A stretch of DNA of 64,000 nucleotides. Source: Escherichia phage Phi1. The position numbers and the translations under genes were made by a program. The stretch lies in the sequence record EF437941. The stretch is one strand, 5' to 3'. Within the stretch, counting starts at the first letter, position 1. Each line of letters starts with the position of its first letter. A model generated the notes under the pieces. That model did no database searches, had not been told where the DNA came from, and saw nothing but the letters and a program-made list of their open reading frames with translations. Shown one piece after another: positions 42,433 to 51,900 of the stretch.

Positions 42433-43014
42433 TTACGCCTTCTTACGTTCTAAAATTTGTTCGCTGATCAGGTAATTATCAAGGAAGTAATTATGTTCTT
42501 CTTTGGTTACAAAGTCAAAATATAATTCCTGAATCATTTCCTTAGAGATACCAACATCATATTCAAATGGATCGTTGATTCCTGAACGTTGAACATACGT
42601 TAACACAATACGGTCCGCAAAGTCAACCGCTTTTTCAATCAGGGAAGGTCCACCAATAACGCTTACCAAACCTTGCAATTTCTCTATGACTTCTAATAAT
42701 TCCTTCAATCCACCATCATTAGTAATCGCGGTATACACATCAGGTTGTTCGCCGTTTTTTGCTTTCGGTGCTGGCTTACTGGTATCGGTACTAACAACCA
42801 CATTCACACGACCTTCCAGTGCTTTAGGGAGACTTTCAAAGGTATTACGTCCCATTACTACCGCCGCAAGTTCAACATCTCCCATAGTGCGCATTTTAAA
42901 GTTTTCCATGTCCTTTTTGATTGGACGACCCCACGGTAAACCGCCTTTAAAACCAAAAGCCCAATTTTCATCTGACATTTTAGTGTCACCAATCGCAAAT
43001 ACACATTGAATCAT
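42433..43014 (-). CDS. frd: dihydrofolate reductase
   Basis: 193 aa, the same length as T4 Frd; DHFR-like IGDTK...GLPWG-type N-terminus; lies upstream of td as in T4. Confidence 0.8.
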   Translation of the reverse strand: MIQCVFAIGDTKMSDENWAFGFKGGLPWGRPIKKDMENFKMRTMGDVELAAVVMGRNTFESLPKALEGRVNVVVSTDTSKPAPKAKNGEQPDVYTAITNDGGLKELLEVIEKLQGLVSVIGGPSLIEKAVDFADRIVLTYVQRSGINDPFEYDVGISKEMIQELYFDFVTKEEHNYFLDNYLISEQILERKKA

Positions 43015-43029
43015 AATATAAATCTCCCA

Positions 43030-43359
43030 TCAAATCAGTTTGAAATAGTTTTCGTTTACATTTTCTTCTGTGATTGCTGTCTTAAATTCTTGACCGTTAT
43101 CCGGTGTGATGAAATAACGATCAGAATAATCACGAAAACGTTTTAAGTGAGATACCCCAACATTAACACCATTTTCCCAAAAACGAAAGGTAATCATTTT
43201 TGGTTCATATCGATAGTCGCTGGTTAACACAGTACCGTCACCGCGACGGGCTTCATAAACCGTAATACATTCACGATTAGCGGCTTTAAGGCATTCTTCA
43301 ATAGTGCCGCACGAGATAATACTTACCTTTTCATCTACGATTTGTTCTACAGTCCACAT
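43030..43359 (-). CDS. hypothetical protein (109 aa)
   Basis: ORF with GAGGA RBS; a -35 element lies upstream. Confidence 0.55.
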   Translation of the reverse strand: MWTVEQIVDEKVSIISCGTIEECLKAANRECITVYEARRGDGTVLTSDYRYEPKMITFRFWENGVNVGVSHLKRFRDYSDRYFITPDNGQEFKTAITEENVNENYFKLI

Positions 43360-43406
43360 AATATAGTCCTCACTTTGTTTCGATGTTTGTATTATACACT
43401 GTTGCG

Positions 43407-44789
43407 TTACGCTGTCAACTCTTTTTCAAAAGATTTTACGATATACATGATAGTGCTCAATTCAGACGGCGCTACTGTTTCTGTGTAGCCATCCGGCATA
43501 TCTTCTTTTGATATATAGGAAGTTTTATCTTTCATTGCTTCCTTGATCTTGTTCTCTAAGTCTAAGATCTTTTGACCGTCTTGTAAAGTCAATTCATAAA
43601 AGATCTCGTGATCGAACTTAGAAACACGAGATTGGTTTCTCATTCGTTCTTGTGTTGTTAAATTGGTTATTCCAAACTTAACTGCCGTTAACGATTTATG
43701 TTTGTTTAGTTTCTGTACATAAAATGTTCCAGGTTTTATAGGTTGATAGCCCATTTTAGAACATTTTCTGCATCTTGTTCCAGATTGTACAAATTTACTA
43801 TATGTTGGTGTATACTCATGACCCATTTCACATGTAATTTTTAATCTTGTTTCGACCCCAGAATAGCTACCTCCACAAAATCCGTGAAATTTATTATTAC
43901 CCAACACGGAAATTATATTTTTTATTGCATCGTCTTCGTTCCTGCGACCACTACATACTCCACATCTATATCCACCATGAAAAAAATCACTAAACGCAAT
44001 ATTGTACTCGTGTCCATTATTACACGTCATATTAAGTCTCGTCCTTATATTTTCGTATTTTCCACCAACAAATCCATTGAAAATATGGTCTCCTTTGACC
44101 GAATTAATTCTATCTAACGCGGTAGTTTCTGTTAAACGCTTGGTCCCGCAGCATTCTGGGCATCTAGTTCCTTGAATAAAATGACCATACGTTGGTTGAT
44201 ATATGTGTCCATTATTACACTCTATTATTAACTTTGTTTTATGTGCACCAATGTAAGCACCACCAACAAATCCATGAAATTTTTCATCGACCAGTGCGTT
44301 GATGATATTTTGTATAGCTTCATCATTCGATTTTTTGTGTTTATTATTGCAAATTGGACATGTATTGACACCACCAATTATGCTGGAATAACATCTATGG
44401 TATTCGTGACCGTGTTCTTTACATTTTAATATAATTTTAGATGTCGATACATTTTTAAACTCTTCTGTCGTGAAACCCATAAACTCGCTATCTGTTAATG
44501 AAGATTTGATATCATCAATAACTTGTTCGGTTGATTTCTTTGCATTGGGTGCGCATAAACCACACTTGGTTTTTCTTCCAACTAGTGTTTTAATAGTTTT
44601 TGTGTGTGTTGTGTGTCCTTTATCGCACATTATACATACCCTTGTATCACATCCTTTCCAATCATCAACAAACCCGAGAAATTTGTAATTTATAGAGTGA
44701 CAATATTCGCGTACTGTATTCTCGTGAATTGTCGGTTGTTTTTGTCTCTTACCAACGCAAATGTCCTTAGCAAAGTATGTTTTCATCAT
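43407..44789 (-). CDS. multi-zinc-ribbon repeat protein with C-terminal GIY-YIG/T5orf172-like domain (putative mobile endonuclease-like)
   Basis: Four tandem ~50-aa modules of pattern hGF.GG.Y...L...C..GHEY...Y..F..G.RC..C plus an N-terminal zinc ribbon; C-terminus GTFYVQKL...LTAVKFGITNLTTQERMRNQ. Start set at the ATG pair with GGAGGA RBS (44787-44789). Confidence 0.55.
   Translation of the reverse strand: MMKTYFAKDICVGKRQKQPTIHENTVREYCHSINYKFLGFVDDWKGCDTRVCIMCDKGHTTHTKTIKTLVGRKTKCGLCAPNAKKSTEQVIDDIKSSLTDSEFMGFTTEEFKNVSTSKIILKCKEHGHEYHRCYSSIIGGVNTCPICNNKHKKSNDEAIQNIINALVDEKFHGFVGGAYIGAHKTKLIIECNNGHIYQPTYGHFIQGTRCPECCGTKRLTETTALDRINSVKGDHIFNGFVGGKYENIRTRLNMTCNNGHEYNIAFSDFFHGGYRCGVCSGRRNEDDAIKNIISVLGNNKFHGFCGGSYSGVETRLKITCEMGHEYTPTYSKFVQSGTRCRKCSKMGYQPIKPGTFYVQKLNKHKSLTAVKFGITNLTTQERMRNQSRVSKFDHEIFYELTLQDGQKILDLENKIKEAMKDKTSYISKEDMPDGYTETVAPSELSTIMYIVKSFEKELTA
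43413..43418 (-). promoter_or_regulatory. early promoter -35 element (TTGACA) with conserved leader
   Basis: Plus tgtcaa; leader tttcgatgtttgtattata; no obvious stem-loop. Confidence 0.4.
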
Positions 44790-44839
44790 TTTTATCCTCC
44801 GTTGTTCGATGTGTGCATGATACATGACCACATAAGCAT

Positions 44840-44845
44840 GTCAAC
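44840..44845 (-). promoter_or_regulatory. early promoter -35 element (TTGACA)
   Basis: Plus tgtcaa with minus-strand A-tract upstream; the -10 is ambiguous. Confidence 0.35.
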
Positions 44846-44876
44846 ACCTTTTTCATAAATTTTTAGGCAATAAAAA

Positions 44877-44896
44877 AGCCTCCCCGAAGGGAGGCT
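44877..44896 (-). terminator. Rho-independent terminator after gene 32 (minus strand)
   Basis: Stem AGCCTCCC / GGGAGGCT with loop cgaa; minus-strand U-tract (plus A-run 44871-44876). Confidence 0.65.
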
Positions 44897-44906
44897 GTAA
44901 AATTCA

Positions 44907-45881
44907 TTACATCGCTAACAGAGAGTCCAGGTCATCCAGATCAGAAGCGGAGGAAGTACCGCCACCCAGATCCAGCGATGCCATCAGGTCATCAGCGGAA
45001 GAATCTAACGCCGTGCTAGCTGCGTTAATACCAACTACAGTGCTAGCTGCGGTAATACCAGCGTCGAATGCATTCATCTGTGCGTCAAAATCATCAAGCT
45101 GGCTGTTAATCGCTGCCGCAGCACTGGAAGCCGCAGCACCAGCTACCATAGACACACCCATAGTTTTCTTAAATTTGGTTTCCAGTTCATCGAACGGTTT
45201 AAACTGGCTAGGCGCTACAATCTCACTCAGATCAACCATGTTTTCCATCAGGTATTTCTGATATGCTTCGTCTTCAATCTTCGGAAGCTGTGATTGCTGC
45301 ATGACACGAGAATCATCATAGTTGTGGTGTATATCAACCTTCTTAGCTTTCAGGACGAAGTTAGCGCCAGAGAACACACAAGTTACATCTACCGGAACTT
45401 GGCCCATATCGGTATTCACGTTCACCATTGCAACGATCTTATCATAAATTTTCTGACCGAAGCGGAATTTGAATACCTTACCTTCATTTTCTGGTGCTTG
45501 AGGATCTTTCAGTACCAGAATATTTGCGTAGTAGGACGCTTTACGCTTAATCAGTTGCCATTCGGTTTTATCGGTATTGTATAGGTCTTTTTCGTTAATA
45601 TATTTGCACACAGGGCAAGAATCAAAATCACCGTGGGTGCTTGAGCAGTTTTCCCAATACCATTTGCCATTAACTTTGAAGGAATGGTTTACCAGTTTCA
45701 CAATCGGCAGACCGTCTTCTGTCTTAGACGGCAGGAAGCGAATCAGGGCTTCACCGTTACCTGCTGCATCAGTCTTAATCTTCCACTCTTTCGGATCTTC
45801 TTTGGAGAAACCGTTGCCACCTTTCAGTGCGGCCAGTTGAGCTTGCAGTTTGGAGCTATCTTGACGTTTAAACATATTCAC
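44907..45881 (-). CDS. 32: single-stranded DNA-binding protein gp32
   Basis: [51 protein letters not shown]...[16 protein letters not shown]...[30 protein letters not shown] matches T4 gp32; the start may be the second ATG at 45875. Confidence 0.9.
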   Translation of the reverse strand: MNMFKRQDSSKLQAQLAALKGGNGFSKEDPKEWKIKTDAAGNGEALIRFLPSKTEDGLPIVKLVNHSFKVNGKWYWENCSSTHGDFDSCPVCKYINEKDLYNTDKTEWQLIKRKASYYANILVLKDPQAPENEGKVFKFRFGQKIYDKIVAMVNVNTDMGQVPVDVTCVFSGANFVLKAKKVDIHHNYDDSRVMQQSQLPKIEDEAYQKYLMENMVDLSEIVAPSQFKPFDELETKFKKTMGVSMVAGAAASSAAAAINSQLDDFDAQMNAFDAGITAASTVVGINAASTALDSSADDLMASLDLGGGTSSASDLDDLDSLLAM

Positions 45882-45935
45882 TATTCCTTCTTTTGATTAA
45901 TTTACTAGACTATTATACAGATTTAAATTTACTTG

Positions 45936-46616
45936 TCAACTATTTGTTTCGGCTTTTAATTGAGATATTTCTTTACACTCTTTAACTACTTTAACAAATA
46001 ATGCTCTTGCTTTTGCGGCGTCAATAACAAGTAGTTTCTTGTACGCCTTCATTTTAACACTATAAGTTTGCCAAATCAAGTCTTTGGCTACCTTGTCGTG
46101 TTCGTCGATTATATTTAGAAAGCTATCTAACAACATAAACGACTCAAACGATATAATCCGATTTTGCAGTAGTTTAAATATACCGCTAGTTTCGGTTGCG
46201 GGATTGTATGTAATTAGCTCTTTAAGAGTAACCCCGCGTTTCTCGGAGAAGTATACCAGACTTTTAATGTCATCGTCAAATCTTGTTGCTGCATCGGTTA
46301 TCTTTCCTATGTATTCCATATAAAAGCCGTATGCGTCAACATCAGTGATTTCACCTACCCATGCATCGGTATTAGCTACCAGATTGCTTAGGAATAGGAA
46401 GTATAATTCTCTTAGATTGTACTTTTCCGCTAATTTTGCGAAATAATACTTATCTCTGCGTTTATTGAATGCGGCATCAGACAACCGCATCCTCCAATTG
46501 TATTTTACGCAATCATAACGCCCGTTCATGTGAGCTTTCATCATGCAATATAACATATACACAGATTTAGCATTAATTCGCATATCTGGATCTGGAGGAA
46601 GACGGTTTCTGATCAT
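45936..46616 (-). CDS. 59: helicase loader gp59
   Basis: GRYDCVKYNWRMRLSDAAFNKRRDKYYFAKL...NLVANTDAWVGEI...LLQNRIISFESFMLLDSFLNIIDEHDK matches T4 gp59. Confidence 0.9.
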   Translation of the reverse strand: MIRNRLPPDPDMRINAKSVYMLYCMMKAHMNGRYDCVKYNWRMRLSDAAFNKRRDKYYFAKLAEKYNLRELYFLFLSNLVANTDAWVGEITDVDAYGFYMEYIGKITDAATRFDDDIKSLVYFSEKRGVTLKELITYNPATETSGIFKLLQNRIISFESFMLLDSFLNIIDEHDKVAKDLIWQTYSVKMKAYKKLLVIDAAKARALFVKVVKECKEISQLKAETNS

Positions 46617-46625
46617 ACATACCCC

Positions 46626-46895
46626 TTAAATATCGAGAGTGTTGGTCGGTTCGTCGATCACTCCCTTCCTGAGCGTTCTATTTACTATACATTCTTGTGT
46701 GATCTTGTCAATAATGGACACCGGAATATACTTCTGATAGTGACCATATTCTATAGAGTTTTCCTCTACAAACTGAGTTGTCGCTTCAAGATAAGTCAAT
46801 CCCTCTTCAACAACCAATTTTTCGATTGCAAGACCGTTTGCTGTTTTGTTCGCGGCTTTTACCGCATGTTCATTAAGCATTGAACACCCGATCAT
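46626..46895 (-). CDS. 33: gp33-like late transcription accessory protein (by synteny)
   Basis: Small ORF in the T4 position of gene 33 (32-59-33-dsbA-rnh); sequence match not verified from memory; alternative starts at 46880 or 46873. Confidence 0.45.
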   Translation of the reverse strand: MIGCSMLNEHAVKAANKTANGLAIEKLVVEEGLTYLEATTQFVEENSIEYGHYQKYIPVSIIDKITQECIVNRTLRKGVIDEPTNTLDI

Positions 46896-47148
46896 AGAGT
46901 TCTACCGCTTCGTCGCGTTCTGCTTCGAAGGTTTCGCGCTGTTGCTGGTGATACAGTTTAAACAGAATGCCCCACATTTTACCATCTACGCCTAATTCTT
47001 CTTTAGCACGCTGTTTGATCTCTTTGATCTTATCGCCATATGCTTCTTGAATGGTTTTCTGATCGCTGGCTTCTTTAATCAGTTGTGCCAGGGTATTTCC
47101 GTGCACTGCTTCGTCAAATACTACTTTTTCTTTTTTCTGTTCAGTCAT
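46873..47148 (-). CDS. dsbA: DsbA-like dsDNA-binding protein (by synteny)
   Basis: 91 aa (T4 DsbA is 89 aa), in the T4 dsbA position upstream of gp33. Confidence 0.45.
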   Translation of the reverse strand: MTEQKKEKVVFDEAVHGNTLAQLIKEASDQKTIQEAYGDKIKEIKQRAKEELGVDGKMWGILFKLYHQQQRETFEAERDEAVELYDRVFNA

Positions 47149-47152
47149 AATA

Positions 47153-47752
47153 TTAACCCTCTTTAGTCATTAATTGAAAACCACGTTCAGCTTTTGAGAT
47201 TTCGCTAGGACTTAAATCGTCACCCACATATTCTAGCATCATTTCTCGGATAATGTCAAGTGCTTTTTCATCACCTGATTTTAACTCGAACTCAAGTTCA
47301 TAATGAGCAGTGTCGCCCAATCCTTCGCCTACTTTGCCATAATAGAAAGTGTCTTTGCACATTTCCACTATACCACAACCCATATCTAGAGTCAATGACT
47401 TTCGATATGTCATTACTTGCATTATTGTAGTGATATAGTCGGAGTTTACCCCTAGACTATCAATAAAATGGACGAACTCATCCCAGTTTGAAAATGTCAT
47501 TTCATCGCGGTTGAATAGTCCAGATTCATTATCACCCATTTTGATCATGATCTCTGATTTTCTACAGTCAAGTCGTGCATAAATTCCTTTTTGACGTAGA
47601 GCATGATCTTCGGTATCATAATAAAATTCGTGTTTTAATATGTTATCTCGATCGACGATATTATAACCGTCATACATTGCCACCCACAAATCACAGATGG
47701 TTTCGACGCCAATTTGTGAGTGTGCATAGTATTTTAACTCAAGTTCTTTCAT
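47153..47752 (-). CDS. CYTH-domain protein (CyaB/ThTPase-like triphosphate tunnel metalloenzyme), putative
   Basis: N-terminal KELELKYY (the ExExK motif) and C-terminal YELEFELK acidic strand motif typical of CYTH domains; 199 aa. Confidence 0.45.
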   Translation of the reverse strand: MKELELKYYAHSQIGVETICDLWVAMYDGYNIVDRDNILKHEFYYDTEDHALRQKGIYARLDCRKSEIMIKMGDNESGLFNRDEMTFSNWDEFVHFIDSLGVNSDYITTIMQVMTYRKSLTLDMGCGIVEMCKDTFYYGKVGEGLGDTAHYELEFELKSGDEKALDIIREMMLEYVGDDLSPSEISKAERGFQLMTKEG

Positions 47753-47762
47753 GTGTCAACCC

Positions 47763-48707
47763 TTAGAACTCACCAATTTTCTGCAACATTTTAACTAACG
47801 CATTTGTTACAAAATAGTTATAAATTTTACCGCGTGGTGCTGGTTTAGATTTTTCCCATGACTCAAGAATCTGATTCTGAATATCATCTGGGATGTAATC
47901 GAAGTCAATAAGTTCGCGGTTTTCGTCAAAACGTCGTGCTTCTTCTTCTGTCATCAAAGACTTTGGATCTTCGGCATCGAAAATTTGCTCTAACCATTTG
48001 GTTGCAACTGGTTTAGCTCGTTCCCCTTCCAGTCTAGAGATAATGAAATCACTACGACACTTGACAGAAGCCACACCGTCTTTTGCGTCACCCTTAACAC
48101 ATTTTACCATAAGGTCTTTGTAAGGGCTACCATATTTGCATTTCTTCCATGCTTTCTGTACTGGCGCCCACTGTTTCACGTTTTTGTATTTGTGCAACTG
48201 CGTGTAGTCACCATCACCTGAGTTGATCAGCACCTGGCGACCTTCTACAGAAAACTTTTTAGTTAATACAGCGATTATATCATCTGCTTCAACTTTGTCA
48301 ACCTTAATAACGTGATAAGGCATGTTCTCTTTAAACTCTTCGGTGATCTTATTGATCGCAGCAAAGATCATCTCCCAATCACGCGGATCTGCGTCTCGTT
48401 TTTCCTTACGGTTGCGTTTATAGTAAGGGGCGATATCACGTCGCCAGTAACCTTTGCTTGAATCAAAAGCAAGCACCGTAATAGGGTATTGCTCTTTGAA
48501 TTTTGTCATATTATAACGCATGGTGTCAAGAATAAGATGACGGATCATGCCTTCATTAATAGATCTCCGGTTAAAGGTATGCGAGATAGTCGCAATCATA
48601 AGCTGCGACATATCAATCAAATGCACACCTTCCGGCAGTTTATCTTCTGGATCATCGAAGAAATCATTAAGTGTAGCGGTAGTTTTTGTAAACGGGTTAT
48701 ACGTCAT
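47763..48707 (-). CDS. rnh: RNase H (5'-3' exonuclease, FEN-1 family)
   Basis: IRHLILDTMRYN, KGYWRRDIAPYYKRNR, PYHVIKVDKVEADDIIAVLTKKFSVEG, SGDGDYTQLHKYKNVKQW, ASVKCRSDF, ISRLEGER, LIDFDYIPDDI, PRGKIYNYFV match T4 RNase H. Confidence 0.9.
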   Translation of the reverse strand: MTYNPFTKTTATLNDFFDDPEDKLPEGVHLIDMSQLMIATISHTFNRRSINEGMIRHLILDTMRYNMTKFKEQYPITVLAFDSSKGYWRRDIAPYYKRNRKEKRDADPRDWEMIFAAINKITEEFKENMPYHVIKVDKVEADDIIAVLTKKFSVEGRQVLINSGDGDYTQLHKYKNVKQWAPVQKAWKKCKYGSPYKDLMVKCVKGDAKDGVASVKCRSDFIISRLEGERAKPVATKWLEQIFDAEDPKSLMTEEEARRFDENRELIDFDYIPDDIQNQILESWEKSKPAPRGKIYNYFVTNALVKMLQKIGEF

Positions 48708-48892
48708 ATAGTTCTCTCCACTCTCACAACAACATATTCTCCAAACGAGTTAGATACTTCACGATCATACCCGTATTTCTCCATAACTCGCAGAATTGCA
48801 TTGTTTAATTCGGCGCGGAAATAATTGTAATCCTTATCAGGGATTCTGTCAACTACCCATTTTGCACCGTCTGACAAATCAACTTTAACCAT
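48704..48892 (-). CDS. hypothetical protein (62 aa)
   Basis: ORF overlapping the rnh start (ATGA); first gene of the minus-strand unit that diverges from gene 34. Confidence 0.5.
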   Translation of the reverse strand: MVKVDLSDGAKWVVDRIPDKDYNYFRAELNNAILRVMEKYGYDREVSNSFGEYVVVRVERTI

Positions 48893-48928
48893 AATATATC
48901 ATCCTCTTTGTTTCTATCAAGCCTTATT

Positions 48929-48936
48929 TATAAATA
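48929..48936 (+). promoter_or_regulatory. T4-type late promoter (TATAAATA) for gene 34
   Basis: Exact TATAAATA 28 nt upstream of the gp34 ATG; AAGGAGA RBS in between. Confidence 0.55.
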
Positions 48937-48964
48937 TGATCATACTATAAAAGGAGACCCAATA

Positions 48965-51900
48965 ATGGCAGATTTTTCTCAACATTTCAAGGCCACATTT
49001 GGCTTTGACGCTGGTAATGAAAAGGTCGTCAATGTAGCATTGGCTGATAAGAATGTCAACACCGATGCGGTCAACGTTGAATTTTTCAATTACCATAATG
49101 GTATTACTCAGTATGACACAACTCGCGGTTATGATCAATACGGAACTACAATCTATCAAAACCGTCCGTATTATGCAAAAGAAGATATCACAAAGCCAGC
49201 AGGTGATTTTGACCCGACTAAATGGCAAGCACTGCGCACGGACCCACGTTGGGATTATATTGCAGCAACTTCCGGTGATACTCCTTTACAGTCTGGTGAT
49301 TATATCGCAGCAGATGGTCAATTTGCAAACTTGACTTTCTCTATGCCAACTAAACCAGCAGAGGGAGACACTATAACAGTAAAAGATATCGGTGGCAAGT
49401 GTGGTGTTAACGAATTATCGTTCTTGAGTTCAGGACATGAGTTTTACCATAACGGTAATGTGTATAACCGAAAATGGTATTGTACTACCCCGTATGCAAT
49501 GAACTATTTCATCTTTGTTCGTAATCGTTGGCATGTTTATCAGACAGGAACAGAGCCACGCGGTGTGTACGCACAGCCAGCGATTGATGCTATTCAAATG
49601 CAGAATGGTGATCAGGTATTTCGTCGTAGTTCATTGGGTAATATTACCTTAGTGCTTCCTAAGTTTGCCAACAATGGCGACATGATCCAGACTACAGACC
49701 TTGACGGATTAACCGCAACCAACCACGTTACGGTTAAAGTTCATGAGCACGCAGAAGAACAATCAATTGGCACGTCCGGTCTAAAAGAGATTATCGGTAA
49801 GCGTAGCGGTCATGGTGTATTCATCTTTGACAAGACGGAAAACTTATGGCGTTTGTGGGATGGTGATCAGTCTGTTCGTCTTAAACCGATCATCGATGAC
49901 ACTCGCTTGCAACCTAATAGCTATGTTGCTGTATTTGGTGATCGTGATGTTACTCTGACGCTGCCGACCAATGTCGAGCCGGGTGATCGTATTCAAGTTT
50001 CTATGCAGTATATGCACGGAAACCAGAATTGCCGTATTATCACCGCCACAGAGGATACAAAAATCCTTATGTCGAAAAACATGGTTCAGTTGCCGAAGCG
50101 TAGCGAGTACCCATTCAATGGGACCGATACATGGAAGGAAGTGTCTGAATTGTCGTTCAATGCGGCTAGTGATTATGTACCTTATCTGGAGTTCTCTTAT
50201 TCAGAAGGTGATGATGGTAAGAAACATTGGCTGGTAGCACACTCTCATCCGATCGTCGAACGAGTAGACCCTACTCGTAAAGAGCGTGTGGGTGTAATTG
50301 CACTGGCTACCCAAACTGAAACGAATAAAAACCATGAAGAGAATCCTAGCGACGAAGTTGCAGTAACACCAAAAATGCTGGCTAATAAAACCGCCAACGA
50401 AACTCGACGCGGTATTGCTCGCATTGCGACTCAAGCGGAAACGCATCAAGATACTGGTTCTAACTTCCTGGATGATGTTATCGTTACGCCTAAAAAGTTA
50501 AATGACTGTGTTGCTACCGAAGCCCGTCGTGGTGTGATGGAAATTGCAACCCAGCACGAAACCAATGAAGGTTTAGACGATACCCGCGCTATTACTCCTA
50601 AGAAATTAGAAGAACGTCGCGCTTCCGAAGATCTCGCTGGTATTGCTGAAATTGTTCAGGTTGGCGGTAGTGCTGCCGCTCGACGCGGCGAAGCTGGTAC
50701 AGGGATCTATAACATCAATGACCATGCTAAAATTGTTACGCCAAAAAACATCAACGAAGTCAAGGCGACCGAAACTTCCCGTGGTGTTGGCTATCTGGCA
50801 ACTGACGCGGAAGTGCAAGGGGCTACAGAATCAACCCCGCAAGATGCTTTACTAATCACGACTCGCACGCTAACGAAACGTACTGCTACCGAATCGCGCA
50901 CTGGTATCGCTGAAATTGCAACTCAGGAAGAAACAAACTTAGGTCAAAGTGATAACCATATCATCACGCCTAAAAAGCTGCATACTCGCCGTGCAACGGA
51001 AACTTTACACGGTTTAGCAGAAATTGCAACTCAGCCGGAATTTGACGCAGGTCTTGACGATGCTCGCATTTCTACCCCATTGAAGATTAAAACCTTCTTT
51101 GAGAATGCACAGCGTTTGAAAGTAGATCCGACTCAGGGGCTTAACCTTACTGGTGATTTGTGGCAAGGTATCATGATCCGCGGTCTGGACGCAACCGAAG
51201 ACACAAAAGGTGTCGCTAAAGTTGCTACTACTCAGCTTACGGATGCTGGTCAAGATGATACTACAATCATCACGCCTAAAAAGCTGCAAGGCAAAAAGGC
51301 CACAGAAGGTAAAGAAGGTATTATCCGAGTTGGTACTCAAGCCGAAACCGTGGCTGGTACACTGGCTAATGTAGCAATTTCTCCGAAGAACTTCAAATAT
51401 GTTGTTCAGACAGAGGATACATGGAAAGCAACCGAAGCGCGTCGTGGATTCTTGAAAGTTGCTACTCAGGAAAACTGTTTTGTTGGTGATAATCTGCAAG
51501 GTTCTACTCAAGAACTAGGAAACTACCAGCATGACGGAATTGCTGTTACCCCGAAAGGATTAAACTACGCACTTGCTAATTTCTTACCTAAGATGGCAAC
51601 CGCTCAGAATAGTTTGAAATTAGGTAACGTAGAGGCCGCTAAATGGGCGCGTAGAGACATTGACCAGACCATAGAGAGCAATTACACGTTTAATAAAAAC
51701 GTTAACGTGAAGGGCGATTTAGAGTGCTTAAAATCAGGTTCCTTTGAAACTCTGTATGTGACTAAGAACTCTACTGATGATCCGAGTAATGGTCATCTGG
51801 TGTTGGGTGAGCGTGGAGTTGACGGTCACACCGGAATTACTCTGCATGGCACAACCGCATCGGAAGGCATGAAAAACTCCTGGTCTATTATCGTTGGTGG

